NCBI GenBank assembly: GCA_031416075.1
Contig: JANOSY010000031.1
Span: 64,001 to 128,000 of the forward strand
Origin: Candidatus Tenderia sp.
GTDB lineage: Bacteria; Pseudomonadota; Gammaproteobacteria; Tenderiales; Tenderiaceae
Length of the DNA stretch: 64,000 bases
Reading direction: 5' to 3'
The notes beneath the pieces are model-generated. The model did no database searches. It was not told the origin of the DNA and saw nothing but the letters and a program-made list of their open reading frames with translations. Below, piece by piece: positions 9,454 to 22,006 of this stretch; the first letter of the stretch is position 1; each line of letters starts with the position of its first letter. The translations under genes were made by a program, and so were the position numbers.

Positions 9454-10167
9454 CTACTCGTGCTCCTGTCGGGCCATGTACATCTCGGCCAGGGTTAAGT
9501 CTTCGGGGCGGGTGATTTTAATGTTATCAGCGCGGCACTCAACCATGCGTGGTATATGGCCTGCCCGTTCAATGGCCGCGGCCTCATCAGTCACCAATGT
9601 ATGGGTATTCAACGCCTCTGCCAGCGCCTGTTTCAGCAGCCCATAACGGAACATCTGCGGCGTCATGGCGCGCCAGAGATTATCGCGACTGACCGTGGCG
9701 ATCACTGCGCCCTGTTCATCGGTACGTTTCATGGTATCGGCCACCGGCACACCGAGCAGACCACCCACAGCATGATCGGACAATGCGGTAATCAATCGAT
9801 CGATGTCGTTGTGATGCAGACAAGGGCGCGCGGCATCATGTACCAGCACCCAGTCATCATCATGGGCGCGACCTTCAAGTTTAAGCAAACCGTTGTAGAC
9901 CGAGTGGCAACGCTCAGCCCCACCCACCGTGGTGAGCAGCTTGTTTTGTTTGGAGAGTTTGGCGACAACCGTTGGCCAGTGCTCGTCATCAGCACCCAGT
10001 GCCACCACTACAGCATTGATCTGCATATGACGACACAAACGACGGAGGGTATGTTCGATAACAGTGCAACCATGCAGGTTAAGATACTGCTTAGGAATAG
10101 CAACGCCCATGCGTCTGCCCACGCCAGCGGCAGGCACAACGGCCCAATAGTTAGGTGGGTTGTTCAT
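9454..10167 (-). CDS. ispD: 2-C-methyl-D-erythritol 4-phosphate cytidylyltransferase
   Basis: PAAGVGRRM, PKQY, VLVHDAARP, NIKITRPEDL. Confidence 0.97.
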   Translation of the reverse strand: MNNPPNYWAVVPAAGVGRRMGVAIPKQYLNLHGCTVIEHTLRRLCRHMQINAVVVALGADDEHWPTVVAKLSKQNKLLTTVGGAERCHSVYNGLLKLEGRAHDDDWVLVHDAARPCLHHNDIDRLITALSDHAVGGLLGVPVADTMKRTDEQGAVIATVSRDNLWRAMTPQMFRYGLLKQALAEALNTHTLVTDEAAAIERAGHIPRMVECRADNIKITRPEDLTLAEMYMARQEHE

Positions 10168-10433
10168 TCGACGATCTGGAAGAAGACTTCATCTTTTTTG
10201 ACCATGCCCAACTCGCTGCGGGCACGCTCTTCAATCGCCTCTACACCCTGCTTAAGGTCTTGCACCTCAGCATCAAGGGCGGCATTACGTTCATGAATCT
10301 TGGCGTTCTCCGCCTTCTGTTTTTCGATGGAGTGATGTAGCCGCGAAACCTCGGCCAGACTCCCCTCGCCTACCCATAGCCGGTATTGCAGACCGGCCAA
10401 TAGAATAATCAGTATGACGTTGATCCACTTCAT
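10164..10433 (-). CDS. ftsB: Cell division protein FtsB
   Basis: LQYRLWVGEGS, AIEERARSELGMVK; eno-ftsB-ispD synteny; ATG at 10433. Confidence 0.95.
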   Translation of the reverse strand: MKWINVILIILLAGLQYRLWVGEGSLAEVSRLHHSIEKQKAENAKIHERNAALDAEVQDLKQGVEAIEERARSELGMVKKDEVFFQIVE

Positions 10434-10475
10434 GAGGTATGCCGTCGGCAATACGCCGACGGCCTCGGTTTCACC

Positions 10476-11798
<1,323 letters not shown>

Positions 11799-11843
11799 CT
11801 AAGTACAACACTGGGCGCTGACATGCACCAACACCCCAATTTT

Positions 11844-12676
11844 TTATTGATTTTGTTCGATAAAGCCGCTCGACTTCACCGTCATATCTAACTGCTTCAA
11901 CGTCTGCAACAGCGCCTCCATCTGACCCAACGGCCAGGCATTAGGGCCATCGCTCAGCGCTTTATCGGGATCAGGGTGGGTTTCCATGAACAGGCCGGAA
12001 ATCCCCGCCGCCACCGCCGCCCTTGCCAATACCGGCACAAACTCTCGCTGCCCACCGGAGCTCTGCCCCTGACCACCGGGCTGCTGCACCGAATGGGTGG
12101 CATCAAAGACCACCGGGCAACCGGTCTCACGCATGATCGCCAGGCCGCGAATATCCGTAATCAGCGTATTGTAACCGAAGGAGGTGCCACGATCGCAGAC
12201 CATAATCTGATCGTTACCCACTTCACGGGCCTTGGCGACGACATTGGCCATATCCCAAGGGGCCAGGAACTGCCCCTTTTTGATATTCACCGGTTTGCCC
12301 TGACGGGCAACATTCTGAATAAAGTTAGTCTGACGACAGAGGAACGCCGGGGTTTGCAATACATCCACCACACTGGCTACCTCATCCAATGGAGTATCTT
12401 CATGGACGTCGGTCAACACCGCCACACCCAGCTCATCTTTCACCCGTTGCAGGATACGCAGCCCCTCTTCAATACCGGGACCCCGAAAGCTCTTGCTCGA
12501 CGTGCGGTTGGCCTTATCAAACGAAGACTTATAGATAAAAGGGATGCCAAGACGTGAAGTCATCTCTTTCAACGCCGCCGCCGTCTCCAGCGCCAGCGCC
12601 TCACTCTCAATCACACAGGGACCGGCAATGAGGAAAAAGGGGTGATCAAGTCCTGCTTCAAACCCACATAGTTTCA

Positions 12677-12677
<1 letters not shown>
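11844..12677 (-). CDS. kdsA: KDO-8-phosphate synthase
   Basis: [42 protein letters not shown]. Confidence 0.98.
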
Positions 12678-14380
<1,703 letters not shown>

Positions 14381-14509
14381 TCAATGCGGGAAGCCGGAAT
14401 TTTTAACACTCACCCATACAAGATTGGCCAAGATCGGCCAAACCCCTCACCACCGGCAAAATTCAGGCACATATAGACACCAGCAACAGCAATCGCTAAC
14501 ATACGCCCC

Positions 14510-14614
14510 GTCATTGGGGAGTAGCCGCCTTTCTATATTGAAGGGGCTGACGTCAACACACTTGGCCCTCACGGCCATGGCGTCAACAGAACATTTCCTG
14601 GCAAGACCTTTGAC
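14510..14614 (+). ncRNA. yybP-ykoY (Mn2+-sensing) riboswitch
   Basis: GTCATTGGGGAGTAGCC...CGTCAACACACTT...TGGCAAGACCTTTGAC matches the family hallmarks; lies directly upstream of a UPF0016 Mn exporter. Confidence 0.88.
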
Positions 14615-14681
14615 CATACCACCCTTGCATTGGCCGGGGGGGAGTATGGTCATTGGAATTAAACCGGCCAGGAGCTCTAAT

Positions 14682-15248
14682 ATGGACGCATTTTTTATAT
14701 CAACAGGCATTGTCGCCCTGGCCGAAATTGGCGATAAAACCCAGCTACTGGCCTTTATGCTGGCCGCCAAATACCGCAAACCCACCCCTATCATCCTCGG
14801 CATTTTAGTCGCCACCCTCGCCAATCATGCGGCGGCTGGGGCATTAGGCGGATGGCTCAGCACGCTGTTCAGTGCCGAAGCATTACGCTGGGCACTGGGG
14901 GCATCCTTTATTGCCATGGCAATCTGGATATTAATCCCCGACAAACTCGATGATAAACAGAGCCAGCTCACTCACTTCGGTATATTTGGCACTACGCTCA
15001 TCCTCTTTTTTCTGGCTGAAATGGGCGACAAAACCCAAATTGCCACCATCGCTCTGGCCGCTCAATACCAGCACATAGTAGCCGTGGTGGCAGGAACCAC
15101 CCTTGGCATGATGATAGCCAACGTGCCTGCGGTCATATTTGGTGAAAAAATAACCCGGCACATCCCACTCAACGTAGTACACGGCATCGCTGCGCTTATT
15201 TTTGCCGTGTTGGGCATTATCACCCTCATAGGGGCGATAACCCTATAA
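14682..15248 (+). CDS. TMEM165/GDT1 (UPF0016) family Mn2+/Ca2+ exporter
   Basis: Two ExGDKT motifs (AEIGDKTQL, AEMGDKTQI); AGGAG RBS before ATG 14682. Confidence 0.93.
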   Translation: MDAFFISTGIVALAEIGDKTQLLAFMLAAKYRKPTPIILGILVATLANHAAAGALGGWLSTLFSAEALRWALGASFIAMAIWILIPDKLDDKQSQLTHFGIFGTTLILFFLAEMGDKTQIATIALAAQYQHIVAVVAGTTLGMMIANVPAVIFGEKITRHIPLNVVHGIAALIFAVLGIITLIGAITL

Positions 15249-15304
15249 AATGAGAGGCCAAACATCCGCCCCCCACTCTTACCAACCATATCCAACACAT
15301 TAAA

Positions 15305-15334
15305 AGGCCCACTACTGGGGGCAGTAGCGGGCCT
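15305..15334. terminator. Likely bidirectional intrinsic terminator (UPF0016 gene / efp)
   Basis: AGGCCCACTACTG-GGGG-CAGTAGCGGGCCT stem flanked by an A tract and a T-rich tail. Confidence 0.7.
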
Positions 15335-15362
15335 CTTAACTACAACGCGGTTTTAATGAGTA

Positions 15363-15923
15363 CTATTTGGCGCGGCTGCGGTACTCATCAGTACGGGTAT
15401 CAATTTCGATTTTATCGCCAATTTCAACAAAGGCGGGAACCGAAAGTTCATAGCCAGAAGGCAACTTAGCCAGTTTCATCACCTTGCCAGAGGTATCCCC
15501 TTTGGCAGCGGGTTCTGTGTAGATAACTTCACGAACCAGGGTGGTTGGCAGGTTAACGGAGATCGCCTTACCGTTATAGAAGACCACTTCACACGGCATT
15601 CCATCTTCGAGGTACTTCAGCGCGTCTTCGACGTTTTCAGCTTCAATTTCATACTGTTCGTAATCGCCATCCATAAAGACATACATCGGATCGGCAAAAT
15701 AGGAGTAGGTAACCTCTTTGGCATCCAGGATTACCTGTTCAAACTTATCATCAGCACGGTAAACAGTCTCCATCGCCGCACCGTTGAGCAGATTTTTCAT
15801 CTTCATCTTCACAACGGCAGAGTTACGACCGGACTTATTAAAATCAGCCTTCAGCACCACCATCGGATCGTTACCGACCATAATTACCTGACCTGCACGC
15901 ACTTCCTGAGCAACTTTCATCAT
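15363..15923 (-). CDS. efp: Elongation factor P, Arg32 (EarP-type) loop
   Basis: [14 protein letters not shown] loop; KGDTSG; [14 protein letters not shown]. Confidence 0.97.
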   Translation of the reverse strand: MMKVAQEVRAGQVIMVGNDPMVVLKADFNKSGRNSAVVKMKMKNLLNGAAMETVYRADDKFEQVILDAKEVTYSYFADPMYVFMDGDYEQYEIEAENVEDALKYLEDGMPCEVVFYNGKAISVNLPTTLVREVIYTEPAAKGDTSGKVMKLAKLPSGYELSVPAFVEIGDKIEIDTRTDEYRSRAK

Positions 15924-15962
15924 GGGAGCATCAACCTTGGCTAATAAAAAAAGAGAGGGAGA

Positions 15963-16250
15963 TTATAAATATTTTTCACAAAAATGCACTAAATTCGTCA
16001 TCATGCCCCCCAAATCACCCAGTCCATCGACCTGTTTCTCACCATAATTCAGCCAACTGCTCGCACCAAACCACAAAGGGCAACCACCACCCAGCCACTC
16101 TTCCCTCTGGCGGAAAACCTTCCCTATCAGGGATCTACCGGCCCACTGGGCGCAAACAAGGAGTCTTCCCCGCTCACAAAATTGAGGCCACGCACCCACA
16201 GCAACCGGTCATAACCATCCTGCTCCAGGAATGGGCAGATGCACCGTCAA
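15963..16250 (-). pseudogene. earP: Degraded 3' remnant of EF-P arginine rhamnosyltransferase
   Basis: Minus strand reads LTVHL/(+1)PFLEQDGYDRLLWVRGLNFVSGEDS/(-1)VCAQWAGRSLI...NLVHFCEKYL*, matching the EarP C-terminal signature (LPF.PQ..YDRLLW.CD.N.VRGEDSFVRAQWAG.P); earP normally precedes efp. Confidence 0.85.
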
Positions 16251-16256
16251 ACCACC

Positions 16257-16337
16257 TTAGGGAAGCGCTGAATACCCACTCCGTTTATAGTGGATTTGTC
16301 GAGCCATGGCCAGAGAGGATATTCAGAGACTCACTTA
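16257..16337. mobile_element. MITE-like element, 75 bp, IS5-family-like ends with TTA flanks
   Basis: TTA-GGGAAGCGCTGAATA...TATTCAGAGACTCAC-TTA; 11/15 inverted-repeat match; internal hairpin CCACT...AGTGG. Confidence 0.55.
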
Positions 16338-16423
16338 GAGCTATGTACGTTAAGAGTTCAGGTTAAAATCCTCTGCCAGTCCAAAGCAACAACCCATTGG
16401 GTTTTTTTGCAATGAGCGCAGAA

Positions 16424-18658
16424 CTATTTTAATAACATCTCTACTGCACCACGCCACGCAACAGGTGGTGTCTGCACATAACGCTGACAGAGTTTTAGAT
16501 AAAAAGCACTGGGGCCATCCTCTGGGTAACGCATGGCCAGGCGTTGGAACATAATTAGTGACTCATTCCATGCCTGTGAAAAAAACAGCGCTTGTGCCAG
16601 TTCAAAGTCAGCGCATAAAACCTGCTCTGCCATTGAGTGTTGACTGGTATAACCCAGCAGCTCATGAAGGGTGACGGCCTGCTCTTTACCTACCAATATA
16701 AAACACCCCAATTTTCGCGTGACTATTCCCATTACGTTTTGCAGCACCTCTTCCGAGGCGATGACGTTAGTACCGAGCTGTTTATTCAACCCCTGAATAC
16801 GTGACGCAGTATTAACGATATCACCCACTGCACGATATTCGTAGTGGTCCAACGCGCCGATGTTTCCAATCATCATCTCCCCGGCATGAAGACCTATACG
16901 TGTATGCAATACCCTGTTTTGCTGCTGACTGAATTTAACCGCAGCAGCAGCAATATCAAGCGCGGCTTCACACGCCTGTTGCCGCAACTGTGGCTCTGGC
17001 TGTGGTGAGGACCAGAGCGCTAACATTGCATCACCGATAACATCGGAGACGATGCCGTGATGAGCGCGCACCGGTGCAAAGAGTACTTCGTAGTAGGCGT
17101 TCATCAAATCACTTAATACGTGGGGGGCAAGCCTTTCTGCCAGATGGGTATAACGCTCTGCATCCGTTGCCAGGCAGATGCCGTACATTAACTGGCCGGT
17201 GGCTGTGATGGGGGTGGCGTTGTCTGCAAAATGGTCAGCTACATTGCGTGGTACATAGTGGCTGAATGCCTGATGTATCTGTTGCTGGCTGCGATGCACA
17301 TCACCATAACGACAGAGCAGTGAGACGACTAATGCAATCGGTGTTTGAATAAACAGCGGGACCACCCAGGGCAGCCATATATTGGCCACATTAAACAGGA
17401 TCGAGGCTGTCATCAGGTAGAGTCCCGCGATAGTAACGCTGCCAATCACTATCAACAGGGATGACGGTAACCGCCCAACCCCTGCAATAAAAAACCCATA
17501 CGCCGCTATTGATAACATAAAAACGGTTGCTGTCAGGGGTTGAAGGGTTGTCTCTTCCAGAACATTGGCAAATGTGGTGGCGGCAATCTCCACACCACTT
17601 ACATCGACACCGTTTGGTTGGGAGTAGACGGTAAAAAACCCATCTTTCTGTTCAGGCTGGCGATTTTCTGCGAAGCCTACAAACACTGCTTTGCCTCTGA
17701 ACCGGGCAAGTGTCTCAGCATCTCCCCTCAATACATCGGCATACTCTATGGTAGGTATGGTGTGGGGGGGGCCATACAGATTTAAATAAGGTCTATTTTC
17801 CCCAGTATATGTAGTCAGTAGCGCTTCGACCTGCTTCTTATTTGCATCGCCGGATAACGCTGACTGAGAGATGTTCTGTTTTATTTTTCTCAAAAGCACG
17901 GGATGTGTAAGCAGCATTTCACGCGCATCGGGGTTAAAACTGGTGGCGTCTTCATTCACTATCTTTTTTTCCAGTAACTGCTGCATTAATGCAGCATCAT
18001 CACCCGCCAGCTGCCGTAACCACTGCCTGACGGCTGGTGCGGTATAACGCTCCAGCGCCACAACGGGCAGTGTTGCAACATCGCCGGCAGAGGTATGAAA
18101 ACTCCAGAACTGACTAACACGTATGGGGACCTTGGGTAAAACAAAAGGCGCGACACCACTGGCCGCCTCTGCAAGTGCGGGAAAAGGCAGCACCAGCTGC
18201 TCCACATAGATATCACTGCTGCTGTTGTCCGTAATTTCACGTTTAAGATAGGCAAACAACAGTACGTTTCCGGCCCGCCGGGTGGCGTCCACCAGCAGCT
18301 GATCTGTTTTCGGATCCCGTGGTTCTTTAAAAAAAACATCAAATGCCACCACAGTGGCCCCTGCCTCGGCCAGCTGGTCTATAATCTGTGCATGCATCTC
18401 CCGTGGCCACTGGGCTGGATCATTGATCAATCCCAAACGATCAGCAGAGCCTTTGTCTATAGACACAAGCACAACATCAGCCGGGGGCACACGATGGCCA
18501 CGCAGTGTATATAGGGTTTCCAGGCCGATGTTTTCTTCCCAATCCAGTCCAAAAGGTAGAAAATAGCTCAACAGGCCAATGGCCGCTGTGGATAGACCTA
18601 ACAGCAGTACCTTGTTAAGCGCTACTGTTCTGCTAAAACGACGGCGTTGATCAGGCAT
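16424..18658 (-). CDS. CHASE2-domain membrane class III nucleotide cyclase
   Basis: CHASE2 motifs (VVLVSIDK, QWPREMHA, VVAFDVFF, VSGVEIAAT), three TM helices, cyclase motifs ATDAERYT, IGDAML, RIGLHAG, GDIVNTASRIQG; start could be 18691. Confidence 0.9.
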   Translation of the reverse strand: MPDQRRRFSRTVALNKVLLLGLSTAAIGLLSYFLPFGLDWEENIGLETLYTLRGHRVPPADVVLVSIDKGSADRLGLINDPAQWPREMHAQIIDQLAEAGATVVAFDVFFKEPRDPKTDQLLVDATRRAGNVLLFAYLKREITDNSSSDIYVEQLVLPFPALAEAASGVAPFVLPKVPIRVSQFWSFHTSAGDVATLPVVALERYTAPAVRQWLRQLAGDDAALMQQLLEKKIVNEDATSFNPDAREMLLTHPVLLRKIKQNISQSALSGDANKKQVEALLTTYTGENRPYLNLYGPPHTIPTIEYADVLRGDAETLARFRGKAVFVGFAENRQPEQKDGFFTVYSQPNGVDVSGVEIAATTFANVLEETTLQPLTATVFMLSIAAYGFFIAGVGRLPSSLLIVIGSVTIAGLYLMTASILFNVANIWLPWVVPLFIQTPIALVVSLLCRYGDVHRSQQQIHQAFSHYVPRNVADHFADNATPITATGQLMYGICLATDAERYTHLAERLAPHVLSDLMNAYYEVLFAPVRAHHGIVSDVIGDAMLALWSSPQPEPQLRQQACEAALDIAAAAVKFSQQQNRVLHTRIGLHAGEMMIGNIGALDHYEYRAVGDIVNTASRIQGLNKQLGTNVIASEEVLQNVMGIVTRKLGCFILVGKEQAVTLHELLGYTSQHSMAEQVLCADFELAQALFFSQAWNESLIMFQRLAMRYPEDGPSAFYLKLCQRYVQTPPVAWRGAVEMLLK

Positions 18659-18846
18659 TAAAGGTATGGCTCTTATGAGTATGCAATCCAACGAAAGTGA
18701 GCATTTTGCCGAGCGGGGTCTGCTTGTGCAAGCAATGATGCCGGTATGTGATGGGATTCTAGGCTACACTGAGGCGCTGTTGAATAGATGGCTGGGGGCG
18801 CAACCATTATCCAATTCTCAGGCATGTAACCAAAGGATAGATAGTA

Positions 18847-19524
18847 ATGCACCACAATATTTCTGATGATTTATCTGCCACATTAAAACGTGTGCCACTG
18901 TTTGCGGCCCTGGATGATGATGAGCTGGAGGCTGTTCGCCCCCATATTGTGACGCGAAGTTATGCCAAAAACAGTGTCTTGATCACTGAGGGTGATGTCA
19001 CGGACTCGCTCTATATCATTTTAAAAGGCAAAGTCAAAGTCTACCTGAGCGATGACCGCGGCAGAGAGGTTATCCTGAGCCAGCAGGTACCAGGGGAATA
19101 TTTTGGTGAACTGGCTCTGATTGACGACGCCGAACGCTCTGCTTCGGTGATGACTACAGAACCCTGTACTTTTGCAATTATTACCAAACAGGCATTTAAA
19201 GATATCCTGGCAGCCAACCCCAGTATCGCCATTACCCTGATCAAGGATTTGAGCCACCGCGTCCGCACGCTGACCGACAACGTTAAAAGCCTGGCGTTAA
19301 TGGATGTTTACGGCCGTGTCGCCAAAACCTTGTTGAGCCTGGCCCAACAGTCTGGCGATAAGCTATTAATTGATGAAAAGCTGACGCAACAGGATATCGC
19401 CGACCGGGTTGGGTCTTCACGCGAAATGGTGTCCAAGATACTAAAAGACCTGACCAATGGCGGTTATATTAGTGTTGATCACAAGCGTATTGTAATTAAT
19501 GAACGGCTGCCTGCACGTTATTAA
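18847..19524 (+). CDS. Crp/Fnr family transcriptional regulator
   Basis: cNMP-binding FGELALID...RSASV; HTH LTQQDIADRVGSSREMVSKIL. Confidence 0.93.
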   Translation: MHHNISDDLSATLKRVPLFAALDDDELEAVRPHIVTRSYAKNSVLITEGDVTDSLYIILKGKVKVYLSDDRGREVILSQQVPGEYFGELALIDDAERSASVMTTEPCTFAIITKQAFKDILAANPSIAITLIKDLSHRVRTLTDNVKSLALMDVYGRVAKTLLSLAQQSGDKLLIDEKLTQQDIADRVGSSREMVSKILKDLTNGGYISVDHKRIVINERLPARY

Positions 19525-19657
19525 CACTCTCAGAACAGGCACATGCGTAGCCATCCAATAGCTCATATATAAGATGGCTGTCCCCGGTAACGTTATGACA
19601 CTGGTGATGTAACGGCGGCGCTATCGCCGCCGCAGCGACACAGTTATAATAACCCTC

Positions 19658-22006
19658 ATGTCCAGACCACCTAAACACCGCACCCGCCGCACGCCTTCAT
19701 CCACCCCATCCAAACGCCGTCTTTTGCCCGCTTTTTTACTGGCAATGGTACTGCCCGCCATAGTGGTACTGACTGTGTATGTGCTTTACCTTGACCATCT
19801 GGTACAACAAAAATTTGAGGGGAAACGCTGGGCCATTCCATCCCGTGTCTATGCACGGGCGCTGGAGCTGTATCCTCAGGCAGCACTATCATCTGAGTCG
19901 CTGGAGAGTGAGTTAAAACTCATCGGTTATCAGCGTTCCAGCGATGGTATCGCTCCGGGCAGTTACTATCGTACCGGCAATACCTTTGTCATTTCCAGCC
20001 GTGCTTTTACCCACTGGGATGGTGAGGAACCCGCCCGTTCGTTGCGCCTGACAATTGGCCAGAATCGTGTGACATCGCTCACCAACAAACGTAATGGCAA
20101 GTCACTCACCCTGGCCCGCCTGCAGCCAATGGAGATTGGCAGCATCTACCCGGCGCAAAAAGAGGATCGTATCCTGGTGAAGCTCAGCGACCTACCGCCC
20201 GAGCTGACCAGCGCCCTGCAAGCCGTTGAGGATCGCAATTTTCAGGAGCATTACGGTGTTGATATCACCGGTATTGCCCGCGCCGCCTGGAGCAACATAC
20301 GGGCTGGCCACGTGGTTCAAGGGGGCAGCACACTCACCCAGCAGCTGGTAAAAAATTTCTACCTTAATAATGAACGCACCCTCTGGCGCAAGGTTAACGA
20401 GGCACTGATGGCGCTGCTGCTGGAGTACCACTACAGCAAGAATGATATTCTCGAGGCCTATGCCAACGAGATCTACCTCGGGCAGGATGGTGCACGTGCC
20501 ATTCATGGCTTCGGCCTGGCAGCACAGTTCTATTTCAACAAACCAGTACAGGAGCTGACACTGCCAGAATCAGCAATGCTGGTAGCAATCCTGCGCGGCC
20601 CCACCTACTACGATCCGCGCCGTTCACCAAAACGGGCATTGGAACGGCGTAACCAGATTATTGACACCCTGCTGGCGGACGGCTTGATCAAACAGGAGAA
20701 GGCATTGCCCGCCAAGCAGGCGTCACTGGGCGTTATTCCCAAACCGGTGCGCGGCACGGGTCTGCACCCCGCCTTTATCGATCTGGTGAAGAGGCAGTTG
20801 CAGAAGGATTATCAGGAAGAGGATCTGCGCAGCGAAGGACTACGCATCTTCACCACACTCGACCCAATCGCCCAGCGCACTGCCGAACAAGCGTTGGTGC
20901 GCTGGACCGAAAAACTCGAACAGTCACGCAAATTAAAGGCCAACTTACTCCAGGGCAGCGTGGTGATCAGCCGTGTTGGCAGTGGCGAGGTGAGTGCCGT
21001 GGTGGGTGGTCGCGACGTGCGTTTTGATGGTTTTAATCGCGCCCTTGATATCCGTCGCCCGATCGGATCGCTGGTTAAACCTGCGCTCTACCTCACGGCG
21101 TTGATGCAACCACAAACGTATACACTGACAACACTGCTCAACGATGAACCGCTGCAACTCAAACAGCCCGGCAACGACAAGGTCTGGGCACCTGAAAATT
21201 ACGACCGTATCAGCCACGGCTCCGTACCGCTGATCGATGCCCTGGCCCACTCCTACAATCTGGCGGCGGTGAATCTGGGCATGGCGCTGGGTGTTAATCA
21301 GGTGATCAAGACACTACATGCACTGGGCATAGAAGCGACCATACCTACCTACCCATCGGTGCTGCTTGGCGCAATGGACCTCTCCCCGATTGAGATAGCG
21401 CAGATATACCAGACACTTGCCGATCAGGGTTTCTACACCCAGCTACGGGCGGTACGTGAAGTGCTGACACAGGATGGCAAACCGCTGCAACACTTTGCCA
21501 TGGATACCGAACAGCGCCTCTCCGTACCTCACGTCTACTTAATCAACTATGCGCTCCGAGAAGCCCTGCGCAATGGCACCGGTGCCAACGTTGCCCAACG
21601 CATACCGGCCGATATTGAGCTGGGAGGCAAAACCGGTACCACCAATGATCTACGCGACAGCTGGTTTGCGGGCTTTGGCAGTGAATACGTCGGTGTCGTC
21701 TGGATGGGCAACGATGACAACAAGGTCACCGGTCTTACTGGTGCCAGTGGTGCGCTGCAAGTCTGGGCCGACATCATGACCCGCATCAACCTCAGTCGTG
21801 GTGAACAACCACCACCTGTTGATATCGAGATGGTACGTATCGATCGCACCACCGGACTACGAGCGGACAATGGCTGCAATGATAGCGCGCGTCTACTCCC
21901 CTTCATCAACGACACCGCCCCTAATGAGGATGCCCTTTGTGCCCACAGCGCTGTCGAAGATACGCTTAATGATTTGCTTGATAATGTGAAAGGGTGGCTT
22001 GAATAA
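19658..22006 (+). CDS. mrcB: Penicillin-binding protein 1B
   Basis: UB2H-like region, glycosyltransferase EDRNF and QGGSTLTQQLVKN, transpeptidase SLVK, SYN, KTGT. Confidence 0.95.
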   Translation: MSRPPKHRTRRTPSSTPSKRRLLPAFLLAMVLPAIVVLTVYVLYLDHLVQQKFEGKRWAIPSRVYARALELYPQAALSSESLESELKLIGYQRSSDGIAPGSYYRTGNTFVISSRAFTHWDGEEPARSLRLTIGQNRVTSLTNKRNGKSLTLARLQPMEIGSIYPAQKEDRILVKLSDLPPELTSALQAVEDRNFQEHYGVDITGIARAAWSNIRAGHVVQGGSTLTQQLVKNFYLNNERTLWRKVNEALMALLLEYHYSKNDILEAYANEIYLGQDGARAIHGFGLAAQFYFNKPVQELTLPESAMLVAILRGPTYYDPRRSPKRALERRNQIIDTLLADGLIKQEKALPAKQASLGVIPKPVRGTGLHPAFIDLVKRQLQKDYQEEDLRSEGLRIFTTLDPIAQRTAEQALVRWTEKLEQSRKLKANLLQGSVVISRVGSGEVSAVVGGRDVRFDGFNRALDIRRPIGSLVKPALYLTALMQPQTYTLTTLLNDEPLQLKQPGNDKVWAPENYDRISHGSVPLIDALAHSYNLAAVNLGMALGVNQVIKTLHALGIEATIPTYPSVLLGAMDLSPIEIAQIYQTLADQGFYTQLRAVREVLTQDGKPLQHFAMDTEQRLSVPHVYLINYALREALRNGTGANVAQRIPADIELGGKTGTTNDLRDSWFAGFGSEYVGVVWMGNDDNKVTGLTGASGALQVWADIMTRINLSRGEQPPPVDIEMVRIDRTTGLRADNGCNDSARLLPFINDTAPNEDALCAHSAVEDTLNDLLDNVKGWLE

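Noticed and set aside
15963-16199. 78-aa ORF upstream of efp as a real small gene
   Set aside because: It is one frame of the earP relic; homology switches frame near 16159.
18659-18846. CRP box in the cyclase/Crp intergenic region
   Set aside because: Only a TGTGA half-site; the second half (TCTAG) is a poor match to TCACA.
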